A DNA stretch of 64,000 nucleotides from an uncultured Planctomycetota bacterium (GTDB lineage Bacteria; Planctomycetota; Planctomycetia; Pirellulales; Lacipirellulaceae). A program made the translations under genes and the position numbers. The stretch spans positions 1,504,001 to 1,568,000 of the forward strand of contig CAVRBU010000002.1 in NCBI GenBank assembly GCA_963719315.1, read 5' to 3'. Shown here in pieces: positions 42,380 through 53,947 of the stretch (position 1 is the stretch's first letter; each line of letters opens with the position of its first letter). The notes under the pieces were generated by a model that was not told the DNA's origin, ran no database searches, and saw nothing but the letters and a program-made list of their open reading frames with translations.

Positions 42380-44759
42380 TCACAAACGATTTACGTCCGG
42401 TTTTTCGGCCAGACTGATCTTTGGCGGTAGCGCACTTGTTGCCACGATCTCGACCAACAACTGCCGAATATCGAACTTGTGTTTGGCAAAACATTCCTGC
42501 AGTTCGTGCAAGCGATTCGGTCCATAGGCTAGTATCGGCTGTTTTACCGTGTGATGGAACAGCTGCTTCACGAAGGCGGTTTGCGATTCGTCGCTGGAAG
42601 CCACAAATTCGGCCAAATCCTTCATGCCTTTGAACTTTTCGACCTCGCCCGATTGCGTCAAATAACTGCCCGACGCGTCGATCGGTTTGTCCCTCTCCAG
42701 CTCGCGGTAGCGACCGATGGCGTCAAAATTCTCCATCGTAAACCCCAGCGGATTGATCATCCCGTGGCAACCCTGGCACGCCTCGGGCTGGGTTTGCAAC
42801 GCCACACGGTCGCGAGTGCTGAGCTCCGCATGCACGTTCGGCGGCAATGGCGCGACCGCCTGGGCAGGCGGACGCAGCACGCGACCGAGTACGCTTCTAG
42901 AAACGAATACTCCGCGATGAATAGGCGAGCTCGCGCTCGTGTACGCCAGGCTGGCAAGCAGATACGGATGCGACAACACGCCGGCGCGGCGTTCCGGTTC
43001 GAAGTCGACTTTCTGAAACGGCGCGTCGGCCGGCAATGGCACGCCGTACACCTTCGCGAGCCGTCCGTTGAACCAGAACTCGTCGCCCAGTAGAAACTGC
43101 CGGTAGTCGGACGAGCCGCCGTCGAGCATCTCGTCGAGCGACAATTCGAGCGACGTCCGCAAATCCGATGCAACCTCCGGCGTGAACTCTGGGTACAACA
43201 TCGGGTCTTTGGCCAAGTCCCGCGGCTGTGAAATCTTCAGCCAGCCCAACAAGAAGTCGCGGACCTTCGAATGTGTTCGCAAGTCGGGTAGCATGCGTTC
43301 AAGTTGCCGAACTACCTGCGCGGTTGGCGAGCCTGCCTTTCGCGGCCGCCTTCAGTAGTTCACGGTCGGGCAGCGAATCCCACATTCCGAACGACATTCG
43401 CGCGGCCACGTCGTACGGATCAGCCGCATCGCCATCGATTTCGCGATACAGAAACCGCGGTGACTTGAGCGCCAGCAGCACCACTCGCTTCACGCCCCCG
43501 AGCAGGTCGGGAGCCGCCTCGAATTGGCGTTGGACGTAAAACTTCTGCTGCTCATCCGAAAGCGGGCGGAGGAATGCGCGCTCGACGAATTGCAGGCAGA
43601 ATTTGCGGAGGAATGGCTCGCCCTTCGCGTCGTCCGGGTTCGCGCCTGTCAATTGCCGCACGTGTTGGGCCACATAACCGGCCGTCTCGATCGCGGCCTC
43701 GGTCGTGGCCTCATCCCAGGCCTTGGAAATCGAAGTCCCTCGCTCGTACCCCACGCTCCGGTCATCCGGCGGGAATCGCGTTTCGAGCACGAATACTTCG
43801 GGGGCCTCCTCAATGGACAAGTAGTGCCCTGTAATCACTTCCAGCGTGTGGTTCGGACGTTTCCATTCCAGCGAGATGGAAGTGTTGGGGTTGGGTTTGA
43901 ACTTCTCCTTATAGTCTTTGTTCTTTTTGCTCACGCCTTGCTGGCCGCGGGAAAACTCGAGCTTGATCGGGTACGCTCGCCCACCCAGCAATCGGATTTC
44001 GGCGCGGTGCTCGGTTTCGTCGCCCGATTGAACCCAAGCGTCGATCAAGGGGACCGGAGAATCGTTGATCGTCAATCGAGTCGCATGTTCGGTCCGCACG
44101 ACGAATTCATACGTGCCGGTATCGGGCGCCAACACGGACCCTACCCACTCGATGTAAAACGTCTGCTTTTCGAGCTTGTCGGGATCGGGGGTCGATTCGC
44201 CCCAATTGAAGTGCACGTCGGGATCGGTTCGTTCCAGCTTCAGCGCAGCCGGCTTGTATTCGCGGGCGGCGAAATACTTGCCGTGCAGTCCGCGTTCCGC
44301 TCCCCACTTCGTTGGTTCGCGGAAGCTGCCGATCAAATCGGCGACCGCGTTTTGATATTGCCGCACAGTGAGCCGCGAGAGTTCGATGCGGACCGGCTTG
44401 TTGCGGACCCGAGCATCGACCGAGTAGAAAGCGTCGTAGATGTACGCCGCCACCTTGGCCGCATCGTTGGCGGAGCACTTCGTGTCCGCATCATCCGGCA
44501 TTGTTTCGTGGATCAGCTTCGTAAGCTGCGCGACCGATTTGTCGCCGGCCAGCGGGTCGGGGTAGCTGTCCTCGACCCCTTCGCCCGAATTGCCGTGGCA
44601 CCGCGCACACTGATCGCGATAGATATGCTCGCCCGTGGGCTCCGCGGCGACAGAGTTCCCAGCGGCGCAAATCGCGGCACAATACAGCAGCACCACAGTA
44701 ACGCTTTGCAACCGAATTCGCAGATTTTTCTGCGGCAATTGCATGGCAATTCTCGACAT
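42380..44759 (-). CDS. Cytochrome c + PA14 + DUF1595/1592/1588/1585 protein, apparent frameshift near 43319
   Basis: [17 protein letters not shown]14 domain; [42 protein letters not shown]. Confidence 0.85.
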
Positions 44760-44895
44760 CGTCAGAGCGGGCCAGCAAGGCGGGAAGCGGAACCGGCACT
44801 GGTTCAGGTGGGAAGCTGAATTATAAACGGCATTCCCGGCAAATCCAAGCCGCAGGACGAATGGGTAGTGTCCTAATTTGCGGCACAACAAGCTT

Positions 44896-44946
44896 GTAGC
44901 ACGGACTTCAGTCCGTGATTCTCGTACGGACTGAAGTCCGTGTTGC
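44896..44946. repeat. GTAG-type REP doublet
   Basis: GTAGCACGGACTTCAGTCCGTG / TACGGACTGAAGTCCGTGTTGC. Confidence 0.7.
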
Positions 44947-45077
44947 AAAGTTCCGGTCCGAACGGTGCCAAATTAGGACACCACCGACGAATGGGTCTCA
45001 AAGGCACGAATCTTTGACCGTTCGCGATTGGCGCCTGGAGGCGCACCCCCCTTGGCGGCAAAGGAGCTACTACTCCT

Positions 45078-46361
45078 TTAGCCGTCGCCGCCGATGCGAT
45101 TTTTACCGACCCACTTGCGGAGAACTTCGGGAACGGCGATTGATCCATCCGCCTGCTGGTAGTTTTCCAGAATGGCAATGATCGCGCGGCTGATTGCCAC
45201 GGCCGTGCCGTTGAGTGTGTGAACGAGCTGCGTTCCCTTTTCGCCCTTCACCTTGTAACGGATATCGAGCCGCCGCGATTGATAGTCGGTGCAGTTCGAG
45301 GCGCTGGTCACCTCTCCGTATTCTCCGCCGCTCCCGCGGCCCGGCATCCAGGCCTCCAGATCGAACTTGCGAAAGGCGGGGCCGCCCAAGTCGCCGCTCG
45401 CGATATCGAGCACGCGGTACGGAATGCCGAGGCCGTCAAAGATTGCACATTCCAAGTCGCGGAAGTAATTGTGAGTATCCTCACTTTGCTCGGGCAGCGT
45501 GAACGCGAACATCTCGACCTTCGTGAATTGATGCACGCGATACAGCCCGCGCGACGCCCGGCCCGCCGCCCCCGCTTCGGTGCGGAAGCAATGACTGATG
45601 CCGCAGAGCTTGATCGGCAATTCTTCGGCGTCGATTACTTCGCCGGCGTACAGACCGCCGAGCGTGATCTCAGCCGTTGCCACCAAGTTGAGATCCTGAT
45701 TTTCAACGCTGTAGATTTGCGTTTCCGGCCCCCGTGGAATAAAGCCGACGCCCTTCAATACGTCGCCACGAGCGAGATCGGGCGTAACCATCGGTGTGAA
45801 GCCCTCGCGCACGAGACGCTCCATCGCGTACTGCTGTAGCGCAAGCTCCAGCAGCGCCGCTTCGTTCTTCAAAAAATAGAAGCCGTGGCCGGCAACTCGC
45901 GCGCCCCCTTCGAAATCGATGAGATCATGCTGCTCTGCGAGGGCCACGTGATCGAGCACCGGAAAGCCAAACGGCCGCACGTCCATTTTTCCGCGCTGCA
46001 ATTCCTTACTCGCGTCTTCGCCGCCAATCGGCGAATCCTCGTGCGTGAGGTTCGGCATTGCGTTATGAATCAACGCGGCCTCGGCGCCGAGCGTGTCGCC
46101 CTCCGCCTGGATCTGCTCTTTCTTCTCGCGGAGCCGGCGGCCTTCGTCCTTGCGCGCTTCGCGCTCGGCGTCGTCCTTGGCGTGGCCGATCGACTTGCTA
46201 ACCGCGTTCGCCATCCGCGAGAGCTCTTCGATTTCCGACTGCAACTTCCGCCGCTGCGATTCAAGCTCCACGAACCTGGCCACGTCCACTTTCACGCCGC
46301 GATGGTCGCAGTTCCGCTGCACAAGTTCAGGGTTTTCGAGAATGAAGCGTTTGTCGAGCAT
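45078..46361 (-). CDS. serS: Serine--tRNA ligase
   Basis: N-terminal coiled coil; ATAE, CFRTEAG, GLYRVHQFTKVE and HTLNGT. Confidence 0.97.
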   Translation of the reverse strand: MLDKRFILENPELVQRNCDHRGVKVDVARFVELESQRRKLQSEIEELSRMANAVSKSIGHAKDDAEREARKDEGRRLREKKEQIQAEGDTLGAEAALIHNAMPNLTHEDSPIGGEDASKELQRGKMDVRPFGFPVLDHVALAEQHDLIDFEGGARVAGHGFYFLKNEAALLELALQQYAMERLVREGFTPMVTPDLARGDVLKGVGFIPRGPETQIYSVENQDLNLVATAEITLGGLYAGEVIDAEELPIKLCGISHCFRTEAGAAGRASRGLYRVHQFTKVEMFAFTLPEQSEDTHNYFRDLECAIFDGLGIPYRVLDIASGDLGGPAFRKFDLEAWMPGRGSGGEYGEVTSASNCTDYQSRRLDIRYKVKGEKGTQLVHTLNGTAVAISRAIIAILENYQQADGSIAVPEVLRKWVGKNRIGGDG

Positions 46362-46396
46362 GGTAGTGATTGAAAAAGGATTTCTCCGAAAATAAG

Positions 46397-47770
46397 CTAT
46401 TTAGGCTTGGCCTTCGCGAGCTCTTCCCACAAACACGCGCTGGCGAGCGTACCGCGATGGTAGTCGTCGAGTGAAAATTTTTCGTTCGGGCTATGCGTGT
46501 TGTCGTCGTTCTGGCCCCAGCCGAGCAGCAGCACGTCGGCCCCCAGTTCGTCGGCGAAAGTGTTGACGATCGGGATCGATCCACCTTCGCGAATGAACAC
46601 CGGGACCCGGCCGAATGCCGTTTCGATCGCCGCCGAGGCCGCACGCATGTACGAGCTGTCGAACGGCACGACGACGCCCGGCGCGCCGTGATAATCGATC
46701 AGTTCCATTTGGATCCCTGGCGGCAGTCGCTCTTCCAAGAACTTGCGCAGCGACTTTTCGATCTTCTTCGGATCCTGCTTGGGCACGAGGCGGAAGCTGA
46801 ATTTCGCGCTCGCTTTCGCGGGCAGCACGGTCTTCGCACCTTCCCCCTGATAACCGCTTGAGAGCCCGTTGATGTCGCACGTTGGCCGGGCCCAGCGTCG
46901 TTCTAGCGATGTGAAGCCCACCTCGCCGAACGTGCCCGTTACGCCGAGCGGCTGCATGAATTCGGCGTCGGTCAGCGGCAGCTTTCGGTACTCGCCCCGT
47001 TCACGCTCGCTGAGGGGTTCGACGTCGTCGTAAAAACCCGGCACCTGAACTCGCCCTTCTTTGTCCTTGAGCGCCGCCAACAACGCCACCAGCGCATTGG
47101 CCGGGTTCGTCACCGCGCCGCCAAACGTGCCCGAGTGTAAATCCTGCTTCGGCCCCCGCAGCCGAATCTCGTAATATGCGATTCCGCGCAATCCATACGT
47201 GATCGCCGGCACGCCCGGTGCGAACTGGCTGCAATCGCTGATCACGACCGCGTCGCACGCGAGCTTCTCGCGATTCGCCTTCACATATGGGCCTAAGTGC
47301 TCGCTGCCGACTTCTTCCTCTCCCTCGATCAAGAATTTCACTTGCAGCGGCAATTTGCCAACCGACTTGATCCAGGCTTCGGCGCTCTTCACATGTGTCA
47401 GCATCTGCCCTTTGTCGTCGGTCGCGCCGCGGGCGTAGATGTTGCCATCGCGCACCGTCGGCTCGAACGGCGGGCTGATCCACTCATCGAGCGGCTCCGG
47501 GGGCTGCACGTCATAGTGGCCGTAAACCAGCACCACCGGTTTGCCGGGCACCGGCGGCGACTCGGCATACACCAGCGGATGGCCCGCCGTGGGAATCGTT
47601 TCCGTCGCCAGCCCCAGTCCTCTGAATTGTGATGCCACCCAATCGCCCGCTCGCCGCGTCTCGGCATTTTGCCGCGAATCCGCACTCACGCTGGCAATCC
47701 GCAGCAGCTCGGCCAAATCGCGCTGAAATGCGTCGCGATGACTCTCGATGTAGGTCTTAACGGTGTTCAT
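46397..47770 (-). CDS. M20-family dipeptidase
   Basis: YGHYDVQP, ARGATDDKG, EGEEE.GS, DLHSG, GGSIP and HSPNE. Confidence 0.93.
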   Translation of the reverse strand: MNTVKTYIESHRDAFQRDLAELLRIASVSADSRQNAETRRAGDWVASQFRGLGLATETIPTAGHPLVYAESPPVPGKPVVLVYGHYDVQPPEPLDEWISPPFEPTVRDGNIYARGATDDKGQMLTHVKSAEAWIKSVGKLPLQVKFLIEGEEEVGSEHLGPYVKANREKLACDAVVISDCSQFAPGVPAITYGLRGIAYYEIRLRGPKQDLHSGTFGGAVTNPANALVALLAALKDKEGRVQVPGFYDDVEPLSERERGEYRKLPLTDAEFMQPLGVTGTFGEVGFTSLERRWARPTCDINGLSSGYQGEGAKTVLPAKASAKFSFRLVPKQDPKKIEKSLRKFLEERLPPGIQMELIDYHGAPGVVVPFDSSYMRAASAAIETAFGRVPVFIREGGSIPIVNTFADELGADVLLLGWGQNDDNTHSPNEKFSLDDYHRGTLASACLWEELAKAKPK

Positions 47771-47976
47771 TTCGTCGCTGCTTCCTGTTATGCCCAACGG
47801 GCGTACAATATAATGCGCTGCCAGCAGTTTCACCACTGCACCCGAGGGGGTGGCAGGCCCTTGGTCGCTGGCCCACATGGGCATAGGGTTGCGAGTAAAC
47901 ACGGGCCCGCGCTTGCAAATGGCCGGCAAGAGCATCCCACCCCCCAGAATCACAACGCCTTCTTACAGGTGACATC

Positions 47977-48336
47977 ATGGACTCAGAAGAAACAGTCGTC
48001 GCCGACGATAACCAGGCGCCCACGATGGTGGCCGAACCGAAAACCAAAACCGAACGCAAGAAGCGCGAGGTGCCCCGCTATAACGTTCTTCTCTGGGACA
48101 GCGACGCCCACTCCTACGAATACGTAGAGCGGATGCTCCGCGAACTCTTCGGCCACACGCCGGAACAATGCCACAAGATGGCCGAGACGGTCGACACCGA
48201 AGGCAAGGTCGTCGTTTACACCACCACGCAAGAACTGGCCGAACTCAAACGCGACCAAATCCTGGCATATGGCAAAGACGACAAGATCCGCAACTGCACC
48301 GGCTCGATGCACGCAACGATCGAAGCGGCGACATAG
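47977..48336 (+). CDS. clpS: ATP-dependent Clp protease adaptor ClpS
   Basis: PRYNVLLWDSDAHSYEYVERML..VDTEGKVVV..AELK. Confidence 0.85.
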   Translation: MDSEETVVADDNQAPTMVAEPKTKTERKKREVPRYNVLLWDSDAHSYEYVERMLRELFGHTPEQCHKMAETVDTEGKVVVYTTTQELAELKRDQILAYGKDDKIRNCTGSMHATIEAAT

Positions 48337-48342
48337 AAGCTC

Positions 48343-48424
48343 TATTTGTCACTGGAAATTGGTCAATTGAAACTGGTCATGACTGAAATGGCCAATGACA
48401 AATAACAAATTTGCAATGACCAAT
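48343..48424. repeat. Degenerate inverted heptamer repeats (TGGTCAW / AATGACM)
   Basis: TTTGTCA, TGGTCAA and TGGTCAT followed by AATGACA, AATAACA and AATGACC, between clpS and mtaB. Confidence 0.55.
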
Positions 48425-48435
48425 CTCCTATTCTC

Positions 48436-49746
48436 ATGAAACTTCGTACCGTTACCTTAGGCTGCAAAGTCAACCAGTACGAAACCGAGTACGTTCGCGA
48501 AGGCTTATTGGGCGTCGGCTACGAAGACGCGGACGAAAACGAGCAAGCCGAGCTCTGCATCGTCAACACCTGCACCGTTACGAGCGAAGGCGACTCCAAG
48601 AGCCGCCAAACGATTCGCCGGCTGGCGCGGACGAACCCCGGCGCGAAGATTGTCGTAATGGGCTGCTACGCGACGCGGGCACCAGAGGAAGTCGCGGCGT
48701 TGCCGGGCGTTTCGCAAGTCATTACTGACAAGCGTGAACTGCCCGATTTGCTGGGGCGCTTTGGCGTAACTGATATTCCCACGGGCATCAGCGGCTTTGG
48801 CCGCCGGCATCGTGCGTATGTGAAGGTGCAAGACGGTTGCATGTTGCGTTGCAGCTTTTGCATCATTCCGCACGTGCGGCCGAATCTTACCAGCCGGCCG
48901 ATCGAGCACATTCTAGATGAAGTCCGACGGCTCGTTGATCGAGGCTACCGCGAGGTGGTGCTGACAGGCATTCATCTGGGCCACTACGGCGTCGATTGGA
49001 ATCGCCACGCACCGAAGGAAAAGTGGATTCGGCTTTCGCATCTCGTTCGTCAAATCGTCGAACTACCGGGCGACTTCCGCGTTCGGCTCTCCAGCATTGA
49101 AGCCACGGAAGTCACACGCAAACTCATCGACGTGATGGCCGACCATCCAGAGAAAGTCGCGCCCCATCTGCATATCTCCATGCAAAGCGGCAGCGACAGT
49201 GTGCTCCGCCGCATGCGACGACGCTGGGGTAGCCGGCGATTCATTGATCGTTGCCGGCTCCTGCAGGAGCGACTCGATCGGCCGGCAATCACGACGGATA
49301 TCATTGTCGGCTTCCCCGGCGAGACGGACGCGGAGTTTCAGGAAACAATCGAAACGTCACGTGCCGTAGGCTTCTCGAAGATTCACATTTTTCCGTTCAG
49401 CGCTCGCCGCGGTACGCCGGCTACGACGATGCCCGACCAGATTGCCAAGCAAGTCCAACAAGAACGCACCCGTGAGTTGGCTGCCGTCGAGTCAGAGTTG
49501 CGCAATGTGTATTACCGTAGCCTCATCGGGCAGCGGTTGCGAGTGCTGGTGGAGACGGAGGATGCAGGAGGCGGGATGCAGGAGGCAGGGTGCTGGACAG
49601 GGACTTCTTGCCGGTATGCGACAGTTGAGGTCAATTCAGCGGATGCGCGCGAGGGTGAGTTCATTGACGTTGTTGCGGACGAAGTTTCGGGCGAGCGAAT
49701 AATTTCGAATCGGCGAGCACGGTTATGTTGCAATGGGGTGTCTTAG
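48436..49746 (+). CDS. mtaB: tRNA t6A37 methylthiotransferase MtaB
   Basis: TLGCKVNQYET, NTCTVT, KVQDGC..CSFCIIP, LTGIHLG and IVGFPGET. Confidence 0.93.
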   Translation: MKLRTVTLGCKVNQYETEYVREGLLGVGYEDADENEQAELCIVNTCTVTSEGDSKSRQTIRRLARTNPGAKIVVMGCYATRAPEEVAALPGVSQVITDKRELPDLLGRFGVTDIPTGISGFGRRHRAYVKVQDGCMLRCSFCIIPHVRPNLTSRPIEHILDEVRRLVDRGYREVVLTGIHLGHYGVDWNRHAPKEKWIRLSHLVRQIVELPGDFRVRLSSIEATEVTRKLIDVMADHPEKVAPHLHISMQSGSDSVLRRMRRRWGSRRFIDRCRLLQERLDRPAITTDIIVGFPGETDAEFQETIETSRAVGFSKIHIFPFSARRGTPATTMPDQIAKQVQQERTRELAAVESELRNVYYRSLIGQRLRVLVETEDAGGGMQEAGCWTGTSCRYATVEVNSADAREGEFIDVVADEVSGERIISNRRARLCCNGVS

Positions 49747-49973
49747 GTGTTGTGGCGGAACGAGAGCCCATTGATTTGAATGGATTGAATCTCTGGGATT
49801 TTCAATGGCAACTCGTGGATAGTGACCCGGTGATGTTGCCGCATCCTCACTATTCGTCGCAAATGCACAAGTGGCACGTTTACGAAATAGAGGGTGCCGT
49901 GCGATCCATAAGGTTTGCTGCCTGCGAACTATCGAACGGCGTCTGGGGCTTTTGCGTGCCTGCGCAGAATTAG
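49725..49973 (+). CDS. Small hypothetical protein
   Basis: ORF with protein-like composition (HPHYSSQMH..FAACELSNGVWGF); AT-richer than its neighbours. Confidence 0.45.
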   Translation: MLQWGVLGVVAEREPIDLNGLNLWDFQWQLVDSDPVMLPHPHYSSQMHKWHVYEIEGAVRSIRFAACELSNGVWGFCVPAQN

Positions 49974-50073
49974 ATTATTTGTAGGGCTTATCAGTCTGTC
50001 TTCTGATTGTTTGTTGCCCTCAACGTTGTTGGCCTTTGCGGCCCGTTGTTCAGCACTTCTCCGACCGCTATAA

Positions 50074-51228
<1,155 letters not shown>

Positions 51229-51253
51229 TCAGCGCCAGGCCAAGATTGCCGGG

Positions 51254-52204
51254 CTATTTTTTTGCAAACGACTCGGCGAGCACGTCGTAATTCAAATTGC
51301 CGTATTTGAAGGTCGAGCCAGTTTCACAATTGTTGAGGATCACCACCGCCGGACTGAACAGGTGCGGATCGATGCGATAAAAATCGTGATCGTAGCGTGC
51401 AAATATCTCCGCAAACGGTCGTCCATAATCGGGCGACGCACTGCTTGGCACCTGCGGCCCAAATTTCTCGATGGACGTGTCATCGCCGCCAACTTCCAAC
51501 ACCACACCGCCACCGTAGAGAATCGCGTCGTTCGCCCAGCCGAGGGCGGCAAAGTCATTCATCGCCAGAGGCGGTAACGGCGCGAGGCCCGCAGCCCGCT
51601 CGACACCCTCCAGTTCGAACCCCAGCACGTGCAATTTGTGCAGCGCGGTCTCCACGCTGCGGGCCACTATTTGAATCGTGCCGGCTTGGCTCGACGTTCG
51701 CGCCGCCAGCAGCGTCAACCGATCGGGTCTAATGTCGCACTTCGTGGCGATATCAATGCACACACGGTCGGGCGGTAATTCACCCGTTTCCAATATGCCC
51801 ACGCATACGTCCGGCTTTTCGCGGTAACCAATCGAGTCGAATAACTCCTCGCGACCGGCGGCTGCTCGCATGGGACCCGAGCCCATCGCGAAAAACTTTT
51901 CGCCCTTGATCGCCCACCCTGCATATTGCGACGCCATGCACGCCACGACCGGGCTGCGAGTACTGACGTATACCTGCTGCGTCGCGGGAGCGTCTTCATC
52001 CGCGGCATTGATGTCGATCAACCCCAACCCAGACATGCACACCGAGGCTAGCCGCAATCCCGCCTTTTCGCTACCCGGTGCATTCACGCCGCAATCAATA
52101 ATCCGCGTCCCGCAATCGAGTGTGCTGACCGCGATGCCGAGCGCGTTGGCATCAGCGACCATCGCGTTACAAAGTTCGAAGGCGCGCTCGTTGAGTGTCT
52201 GCAT
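51254..52204 (-). CDS. mch: Methenyltetrahydromethanopterin cyclohydrolase
   Basis: ACMASQYAGW, FAMGSGPMRA, QIVARSVETALHK, NDAILYGG and DFYRIDP.LFSPA. Confidence 0.94.
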   Translation of the reverse strand: MQTLNERAFELCNAMVADANALGIAVSTLDCGTRIIDCGVNAPGSEKAGLRLASVCMSGLGLIDINAADEDAPATQQVYVSTRSPVVACMASQYAGWAIKGEKFFAMGSGPMRAAAGREELFDSIGYREKPDVCVGILETGELPPDRVCIDIATKCDIRPDRLTLLAARTSSQAGTIQIVARSVETALHKLHVLGFELEGVERAAGLAPLPPLAMNDFAALGWANDAILYGGGVVLEVGGDDTSIEKFGPQVPSSASPDYGRPFAEIFARYDHDFYRIDPHLFSPAVVILNNCETGSTFKYGNLNYDVLAESFAKK

Positions 52205-52261
52205 CCACCCATTGTAAAACGGACTGGTCGCTTAAGCGACCAGTAACCCGCACCAGAAATC

Positions 52262-52336
52262 GATCGGAGCCCGCAGCGCAAGCAAAGGTCGATGTGGCGG
52301 CGCGTAACACCCTTGCTTGCGCTGCGGGCTCCGATC
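52262..52336. repeat. Perfect 24-bp inverted repeat (REP/MITE-like)
   Basis: GATCGGAGCCCGCAGCGCAAGCAA (52262-52285) and its reverse complement (52313-52336). Confidence 0.75.
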
Positions 52337-52382
52337 CACACAAAACTAATGTGCCTTAAGTTGCGCGAGAGGTCTCGGCGCC

Positions 52383-53336
52383 TCACTCATCGCCCGGCAC
52401 GATCTCACCGCCGCCGATCGTGCTCAGCGCTTTGAGCACCGCCAACGCGATATCCGGCTTCAGACCGCGAACGTGGCCGTCCAGGAACACGGCTTGCACC
52501 AGGCCACCCGAGTGCATGCTGCCGAACTTGTTGCGGTCCTTGTCGTCGATGCTGGTGGCCAGGCCGTCTTCCGTGCAGCGGAACGTCGTGTGCGGCGTGT
52601 CTCCCGGAATCGACGCCGTATCGCCGATCTCATAGTCCTCCATCTCCGTCGCCGTATTGTCCGGCACAGGCGGCAGATGCCGCTCGGCGATCGCGATCGT
52701 TTTTGAAAGCCCGTCTTCCACTTGCCGCGCGCTGATGTGCGAGCCGCTGAAAATCGGTCCCGCTTCGGCGCGGCTGTATTGGCCGAAGACCGTGGCATTT
52801 TCATCCTTGCCGACCATTCCGGTCAGCAATTGGATGCCGGCGTTGGCCGAATAGTCGGCCAGCGTTGCCGAAGCCAACACCACGGGCGGCGCGTTGTTGT
52901 TATCGAAGTTGCGGTCGGCCGCCGCCCGCCGCCGGCTGGGACATGCAAATGTGTCGATCGGCGTACGCATGGCGGCCGAGTTCTTCGGATCATCCACGCG
53001 AGCCTTTGAATCATAACTGTTATAGATCGCCGTCTCTTCCATGTACGGTAACAAGAAGAACGCCCACGACACGGCAAATTGATCGAACCGGTTGCGGCCC
53101 ATCGGGAACGCCTTCCGCGTGTCGTGATGGCTCTGCACGGCCAGGCCAATCTGCTTGAGATTGTTCTGGCATTGCGATCGGCGGGCCGATTCGCGGGCCG
53201 CCTGAATCGCCGGCAGCAAAAACGCAATCAGGATGCCAATGATCGCGATCACGACCAGCAATTCGACGAGCGTGAAGCCTCGTCGCGAAGCAGGTCCGAC
53301 GAACCGAGGAGGACATCGGAACTTGCGCAAGCGCAT
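52383..53336 (-). CDS. DUF1559 prepilin-type (SBP_bac_10) protein
   Basis: GFTLVELLVVIAIIGILIA.LLPAIQAARESARR..CQNNLKQIGLA; FGSMHSGG..F.DGHV. Confidence 0.93.
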   Translation of the reverse strand: MRLRKFRCPPRFVGPASRRGFTLVELLVVIAIIGILIAFLLPAIQAARESARRSQCQNNLKQIGLAVQSHHDTRKAFPMGRNRFDQFAVSWAFFLLPYMEETAIYNSYDSKARVDDPKNSAAMRTPIDTFACPSRRRAAADRNFDNNNAPPVVLASATLADYSANAGIQLLTGMVGKDENATVFGQYSRAEAGPIFSGSHISARQVEDGLSKTIAIAERHLPPVPDNTATEMEDYEIGDTASIPGDTPHTTFRCTEDGLATSIDDKDRNKFGSMHSGGLVQAVFLDGHVRGLKPDIALAVLKALSTIGGGEIVPGDE

Positions 53337-53711
53337 GGTAGGCTCCTTTCACAGAAAGGTTACAGTAGTCCGCCTGGTGGGTAGGGAACGGCGGCGGACG
53401 AAGGTGGGATCGATTGATTGCAACTTAAACTGAAGCACTGCGCCGGGTCAACCCGAATGCCGAGTATCCGAAATGAAGATTCAGATTTCTTCCACCATCG
53501 CGCAATGCTTCATCCGGATAGCGCATCCGATTCCAACCTCACACTCTTCAGACGTCGATTTTCGCTCGTCCGCGCGACGGAATGTGCGTTTCCTGGTGAT
53601 AATGCGCCAAGGCAGAAATCGCGGGATCACACTCAGCAACTTGACTTAGCCCCCTCCGTCGGCTATCCTTTTCTAATTGCCAAATTGATCCCCGTTTCCA
53701 ATAGGCCATCC

Positions 53712-53859
53712 GTGTTTGTTCCGTTTTACAATCTGACTGCCGCATCGCTCAACGTCGTCGGCAGCATCGTGATTATCAGCGCAACCGGGAGGCCTTGAGG
53801 GTCGGTTCGATTCCATCGAAACTCGCAAACCCTGAGGCCGAAAGCCTCGGGGTTTTTTT
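53712..53859 (+). promoter_or_regulatory. Leader-peptide transcription attenuator (Ile/Val-sensing type)
   Basis: Short ORF ..LTAASLNVVGSIVIISATGRP* (stop 53796-53798); antiterminator arm GGCCTTGAGGGT; terminator AAACCCTGAGGC-CGAAA-GCCTCGGGGTTT + T-run (53827-53859). Confidence 0.7.
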
Positions 53860-53947
53860 ATTGAAGTCGTATGTCCAAACGCACGGCCAAATCGCAACTG
53901 CCCGCGCCCTCGCGCGATACATTGCTTGCGCCTCGTCGCCTCTGCCA

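Noticed and set aside
53800..53822. GGTTCGATTCC as a tRNA T-loop or att fragment
   Set aside because: There is no T stem or acceptor stem around it; it lies in the loop of the antiterminator.
53821..53860. c-di-GMP-I riboswitch (GCAAACC..GAAA)
   Set aside because: No second GEMM hairpin; a simple terminator with a T-run explains the sequence.
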